From: Delftia acidovorans NBRC 14950
GTDB lineage: Bacteria > Pseudomonadota > Gammaproteobacteria > Burkholderiales > Burkholderiaceae_C
Direction: 5' to 3'
DNA length: 32,000 nucleotides
Assembly: GCF_001598795.1 (NCBI RefSeq)
Contig: NZ_BCZP01000039.1
Location: forward strand, 3,730-35,729
Part shown: in pieces, positions 28,453-32,000 of the stretch
Layout: every line of letters starts with the position of its first letter
Numbering within the stretch: the first letter of the stretch is position 1
Position numbers and translations under genes: made by a program
Notes under the pieces: generated by a model
Databases searched by the model: none
What the model was told of the DNA's origin: nothing
The model's input: only the letters and a program-made list of their open reading frames with translations

Positions 28453-29130
28453 ATGTCCCGATTTGTTCTTACCTCCGCCGTTCTGTGGCTGGGTTCCAGC
28501 GCATTTAATGCGCATGCCGTGCCGCCCGGCGCCTTCGCCTCTTCAGCCCCTTCAGCCCCTGCAGGGCCTGGTGCGCCGCACGCACAGGCCGTGCTCGAAA
28601 GCGCCGTCGCCCGGCTGCTGACCAATCCGTATGGAGAGGTGGACGGCCTGCGCCTGACCGACGGCACGGTGGTCCGGTTCCCGCCCCATATGTCCGATGC
28701 GCTCACGGCAGTCGTGAAGGTGGGCGACACGGTGCGCATCATCGGCCGCAGCGAAGCCGGTGGTGCGGTCAAGGCGGATGCCATCGTGAACTCGGCCAGC
28801 GGCCAGACCGTGTACGACCAGCCGCCCGCCCGCGACGGCGCCCGCCCCATGCCGCCGCACCTGCGCATGGCCGGCCTGCAGACGCAGCAGGCCCAGGGCC
28901 GCATTGACGTGGTCCTCACCGGCCCGCGCGGTGATGCCAACGGCGTCATCCTGTCCGACGGCGCCATCGTGCGCTTTGCCCCCCATGCGCTGCAGCAGCC
29001 GCTGCAGCCGGGGCAGCTGTTTGCCGCCTCGGGCCTGGGCACGCGCAACGCGCACGGCACCTCGCTGGAGGCCACCAGCATGGGCGCCAGCCTGTCGGAC
29101 CTGCAACCGCTGTACGACCGCGCGCGCTGA
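28453..29130 (+). CDS. Secreted/periplasmic protein with an internal domain duplication (hypothetical)
   Basis: The signal peptide is MSRFVLTSAVLWLGSSAFNAHA/VP. There are two related modules: YGEVDGLRLTDGTVVRFPPHMSDAL...VGDTVRIIG and RGDANGVILSDGAIVRFAPHALQQP...PGQLFAASG. Confidence 0.7.
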   Translation: MSRFVLTSAVLWLGSSAFNAHAVPPGAFASSAPSAPAGPGAPHAQAVLESAVARLLTNPYGEVDGLRLTDGTVVRFPPHMSDALTAVVKVGDTVRIIGRSEAGGAVKADAIVNSASGQTVYDQPPARDGARPMPPHLRMAGLQTQQAQGRIDVVLTGPRGDANGVILSDGAIVRFAPHALQQPLQPGQLFAASGLGTRNAHGTSLEATSMGASLSDLQPLYDRAR

Positions 29131-29135
29131 TGCCA

Positions 29136-29175
29136 CCGCCCGGTCCCCGGGGCCGGGCGGGCTTCTGCCTTTTCC
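29136..29175 (+). terminator. Rho-independent terminator candidate
   Basis: CCGCCCGG (29136-29143) pairs with CCGGGCGG (29153-29160) around TCCCCGGGG. GCTTCTGCCTTTTCC follows. Confidence 0.55.
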
Positions 29176-29218
29176 TTCTTTCCTTCTTTCCTGCTTTCCT
29201 GCTTTCCTGCTCTCCCGC
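29171..29218 (+). repeat. Six tandem 8-bp units in a polypyrimidine tract
   Basis: The units are TTTCCTTC x2, TTTCCTGC x3 and TCTCCCGC. The plus strand from about 29162 to 29224 is almost entirely C/T. It lies upstream of the DMT gene. Confidence 0.85.
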
Positions 29219-29234
29219 CTTCACCGAACCCGCC

Positions 29235-29582
29235 ATGTCCCCCAAGATCGCCCCCGTCCTGCTGCTGCTGATCTCCAACGTCTTCATGACCTTCGCCTGG
29301 TACGGGCACCTGAAGTTCGAGAACCGGCCGCTGTACCTCGTCATCCTGGTGAGCTGGCTGATCGCGCTGGCCGAGTACTGCTTTGCCGTGCCCGCCAACC
29401 GGCTCGGCCATGAGGTCTACAGCGCGGCCGAGCTCAAGACCATCCAGGAGGTGATCACGCTGGTGGTCTTCGCCGTCTTCTCCGTGCTCTACCTGGGCGA
29501 GAAGCTCACCCTCAACCACTTGGTGGGCTTCGGCTTCATCTGCCTGGGCGCCTTCTTCGTGTTCAAGGGCCCCCTGCGCTGA
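29235..29582 (+). CDS. DMT-superfamily small membrane protein (DUF486-like)
   Basis: The 115-aa product has four hydrophobic segments: VLLLLISNVFMTFAWYGHLKF..., LVILVSWLIALAEYCFAVPANRLG and GFGFICLGAFFVF. The family recognition is from memory. Confidence 0.65.
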   Translation: MSPKIAPVLLLLISNVFMTFAWYGHLKFENRPLYLVILVSWLIALAEYCFAVPANRLGHEVYSAAELKTIQEVITLVVFAVFSVLYLGEKLTLNHLVGFGFICLGAFFVFKGPLR

Positions 29583-29593
29583 AAGAGGTCGCC

Positions 29594-30805
29594 ATGCACC
29601 GCACACACCACCATGCGCGGCGCTGGCTGCCGGGGCTCAATTTCTTCCTGGCCGATGTGCGCGACGGCCTGGGCCCCTTCCTGGGCGTGTTCCTGCTCGC
29701 CCAGGGCTGGCGGCTGGACGACATCGGCTACGTCATGGCCCTGGGCGGCATCGCGGGCATGCTGGCCACCACGCCGCTGGGCGCGCTGGTCGATGCCTCG
29801 CGCCGCAAGCGCAGGCTGCTGGCCGCGGCCATCGCCTTGCTGCTGGCGGGCAACCTGGCCATCTGGATCGCACCGTCGCTGGCCGTGACGGCGGCATCGC
29901 AGGTCATCACCGGCGTGGTCGCGGCCCTGATCGCGCCCTGCCTGCTGGGCATCACGCTGCAGATCACCGGCCATGCGGACCTGCCCCGGCAACTGGGCAT
30001 CAACGAAGCCTGGAACCACGCAGGCAACGTGGCCACGGCCGCGCTGGCGGGGGCCATGGGCCTGCGCTGGGGACTGCCCTCCGTCTTCGTGCTCATGGCC
30101 CTGATGGGCTGCGCCTCGCTGGCCTGCCTGGCGCTGATGCGGCTGGATGAAACCCCGCAAGACACGCCGCCCCCAGAGCAGGCAGGGCCTTGCGCACCCG
30201 GCCTGCTGCACGTGCTCACGGGCACGCCGGCGCTGCGGGTGCTGGCCGTGGCCATGCTGCTGTTTCACCTGGGCAATGCCGCCATGCTGCCGCTGCTGGG
30301 CCAGGCTGCCGTGGCGCGCGGCCATGCCAATCCCAGCGGCTTCACGGCGCTGACCATCATCGTGGCGCAACTGGTCATGATCCCCATGGCCTTGCTCGCC
30401 GGGCGCCACGCCCAGCGCAGCGGCTACTGGCTGCTGGTCAAGGCGGCCCTGCTGTCGCTGCCGCTGCGCGGCCTGGTTGCCGCCACCTGGGATTCGGACT
30501 GGGCGCTGATCCCCGTGCAGGTGCTAGACGGCGTGGGCGCCGGGCTGCTGGGCGTTGCCCTGCCAGGCCTGGTCGCGCAGACGCTGCGCGGCACCGGCCA
30601 CGTCAACGCAGGCCTGGGCGCCGTGATGACGCTGCAGGGCCTGGGCGCGGCCGCCAGCCCGGCACTGGCGGGCTGGATTGCACAGCGCTTCGGCTTTGAT
30701 GCGGCCTTTCTTTCGCTGGGCGGCATCGCGGTGCTGGCCCTGGCGCTGTGCTGGTTCGGCGCACCTGCCGAACCAAGGGCCGCACACCTCCAGCCCAAGA
30801 CCTGA
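29594..30805 (+). CDS. MFS transporter
   Basis: An AAGAGG RBS lies upstream. The 403-aa product has about 12 hydrophobic segments. The MFS-like loop-2/3 motif is GALVDASRRKRRLL. Confidence 0.8.
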   Translation: MHRTHHHARRWLPGLNFFLADVRDGLGPFLGVFLLAQGWRLDDIGYVMALGGIAGMLATTPLGALVDASRRKRRLLAAAIALLLAGNLAIWIAPSLAVTAASQVITGVVAALIAPCLLGITLQITGHADLPRQLGINEAWNHAGNVATAALAGAMGLRWGLPSVFVLMALMGCASLACLALMRLDETPQDTPPPEQAGPCAPGLLHVLTGTPALRVLAVAMLLFHLGNAAMLPLLGQAAVARGHANPSGFTALTIIVAQLVMIPMALLAGRHAQRSGYWLLVKAALLSLPLRGLVAATWDSDWALIPVQVLDGVGAGLLGVALPGLVAQTLRGTGHVNAGLGAVMTLQGLGAAASPALAGWIAQRFGFDAAFLSLGGIAVLALALCWFGAPAEPRAAHLQPKT

Positions 30806-30808
30806 CAT

Positions 30809-30830
30809 CGGGCCATGCGCGGCCCGCTTT
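30809..30830 (+). terminator. Weak terminator-like hairpin after the MFS gene
   Basis: CGGGCC-ATGCGC-GGCCCG is followed by CTTTC. The stem and T-tract are both short. Confidence 0.3.
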
Positions 30831-30945
30831 CAGGGCATCTGGAAACATTTGGGGGCCTGGAAACATAGGAGAATTCCTAGGACCCGAATCAGAACCCGCG
30901 CCATCGCGGACTTGCCTCCCAGCGGCCAGCGCCTGCCGCCCCCGA

Positions 30946-31911
30946 ATGACTGTCAAGAACAAGAAGCCTTCCGCGCGCAAGCGCAGTTCCTCCCCCGCCT
31001 CCAAGAAGAAAGCCTCCGGCCGCAGCGGCCTGTGGCGCTCCATGCTCGCCGCCCTTGTGGCGGCAGCGGGCACCTTCCAGATCGCCAGCTGCAGCCTGGA
31101 CCCGAACTGGCACCCCAAGCTTCCCGAGCCGCCCTTCCTGTCCACCCTGCCCATCCCGGGGCTGGAGCACCTGCGCAAGCAGCCGGAGACAGGTTCGGGC
31201 ACGGCCTCCGGTGGCGGCAGCCCGCCAGCCGGCAGCATGGCCACGGGCTTTTCGCACTGCCGCGATTTCTTCCCCGGTGGCGAGCCCCCTGCCCTGCAGA
31301 TCCAGCCCCAGCAGCGCGAGCTGTGCTTCAGCGCCTTTGCCGTGCTGCACAGCGGCCAGACCAAGACGCCCGTCTTCGTGGTGGAACGCCTGAACCGCAA
31401 ACTGCTGGACCAGGGCCAGGGCCTCAAGCGCAGCGACAAGTTCTATGCCGATGCCCGCCTGCCCCGCGCCGAGCGCGCCGAGCTGGACGACTACCGCCGC
31501 TCCGGCTACTCGCGCGGACACATGGCGCCGGCCGGCGACATGTACTCGCCCGAAGCCATGGCCCAGAGCTTCAGCCTGGCCAACATGGTTCCGCAGGACC
31601 AGACGCACAACGGCGGCGTCTGGAGCAAGGTCGAGCAGGACACGCGCCGCTACGCCCAGCGCGCCCAGGGCGATGTCTATGTGTTCACCGGGCCGGTGTT
31701 CGACGGCCAGCCGCTCACCATCGGGCCGGGCAAGGTCCATGTGCCCAGCCACATTTTCAAGCTGGTCTACGACGCGAGCACGGGGCGTTCCTGGGCGCAC
31801 TGGCAGGCCAATAGCCCGGATACGCGGATGAGTGCGCCGATCAGTTATGAGGAGTTCACTCGGAGGACGGGGATGCCGTTGTTGGCGGGGGTGATGAGGG
31901 GGCGGGGTTAG
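30946..31911 (+). CDS. DNA/RNA non-specific endonuclease (NucA/EndA/EndoG family), probable lipoprotein
   Basis: The active-site region is YSRGHMAPAGD...LANMVPQDQTHNGGVW (the DRGH...N...N pattern of beta-beta-alpha-Me nucleases). A very basic N-region is followed by LAALVAAAGTFQIASC (lipobox-like). The ORF-track start at 30748 overlaps the MFS gene and was not used. Confidence 0.85.
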   Translation: MTVKNKKPSARKRSSSPASKKKASGRSGLWRSMLAALVAAAGTFQIASCSLDPNWHPKLPEPPFLSTLPIPGLEHLRKQPETGSGTASGGGSPPAGSMATGFSHCRDFFPGGEPPALQIQPQQRELCFSAFAVLHSGQTKTPVFVVERLNRKLLDQGQGLKRSDKFYADARLPRAERAELDDYRRSGYSRGHMAPAGDMYSPEAMAQSFSLANMVPQDQTHNGGVWSKVEQDTRRYAQRAQGDVYVFTGPVFDGQPLTIGPGKVHVPSHIFKLVYDASTGRSWAHWQANSPDTRMSAPISYEEFTRRTGMPLLAGVMRGRG

Positions 31912-31938
31912 TGCCTCTCGCAGGCTTCTGGCGTGGGC

Positions 31939-31977
31939 CAGGGGACTGTTTCTTGCCCCTGCCGGGGGGTTGTTTTT
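31939..31977 (+). terminator. Rho-independent terminator candidate after the nuclease gene
   Basis: CAGGGG (31939-31944) pairs with CCCCTG (31956-31961). Alternatively CCCC-TGCC-GGGG can form. GGTTGTTTTT follows. Confidence 0.45.
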
Positions 31978-32000
31978 CGAGGCCGGGTCTCGGCCCGGCG

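Overview
The window is a GC-rich chromosomal segment that looks betaproteobacterial (Comamonadaceae or Burkholderiales) by eye, with gene-dense, mostly plus-strand coding. I could not run any homology search, so all calls rest on motifs read from the translations.

Contents, in order:
1. A divergent MurF-like Mur ligase paralogue (40-1548).
2. A three-gene type I secretion system: a PrtD-class ABC exporter, a HlyD-type membrane fusion protein and a TolC-like outer membrane factor (1648-6619). The genes are translationally coupled, and no substrate gene is visible.
3. A complete Tad/Flp (type IVc) pilus locus (6725-20385). It has two tandem flp pilin genes, then cpaA/tadV, cpaB, cpaC, tadZ/cpaE, cpaF/tadA, tadB, tadC, tadD, a DUF3613-like gene, two tadE-like pseudopilins and a giant tadG-like gene. 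A sigma-54 enhancer-binding protein (20436-21830) and a GT4-like glycosyltransferase (21866-23140) follow.
4. A minus-strand two-gene operon, a FecR-like small protein plus an EAL-domain protein (23217-25217), driven by a textbook -24/-12 sigma-54 promoter.
5. A sensor kinase and NtrC-family sigma-54 response regulator pair (25518-28261).
6. A second textbook sigma-54 promoter in front of a secreted protein with an internal duplication (28453-29130).
7. A DUF486/DMT membrane protein, an MFS transporter and a lipoprotein DNA/RNA non-specific endonuclease.

I found no tRNA, rRNA, CRISPR array, integrase or transposase, and no recognisable phage-defence system.

The most interesting content is regulatory and architectural:
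- The two-component system is flanked by two divergent sigma-54 promoters. Each has an IHF-consensus site and upstream repeat clusters, and one of them drives a c-di-GMP (EAL) gene.
- The tad locus carries its own aspartate-less sigma-54 activator, but there is no canonical -24/-12 element in front of the pilin genes.
- A substrate-less T1SS and a glycosyltransferase bracket the pilus genes.
- Several structured or repetitive DNA elements lie inside the tad operon.
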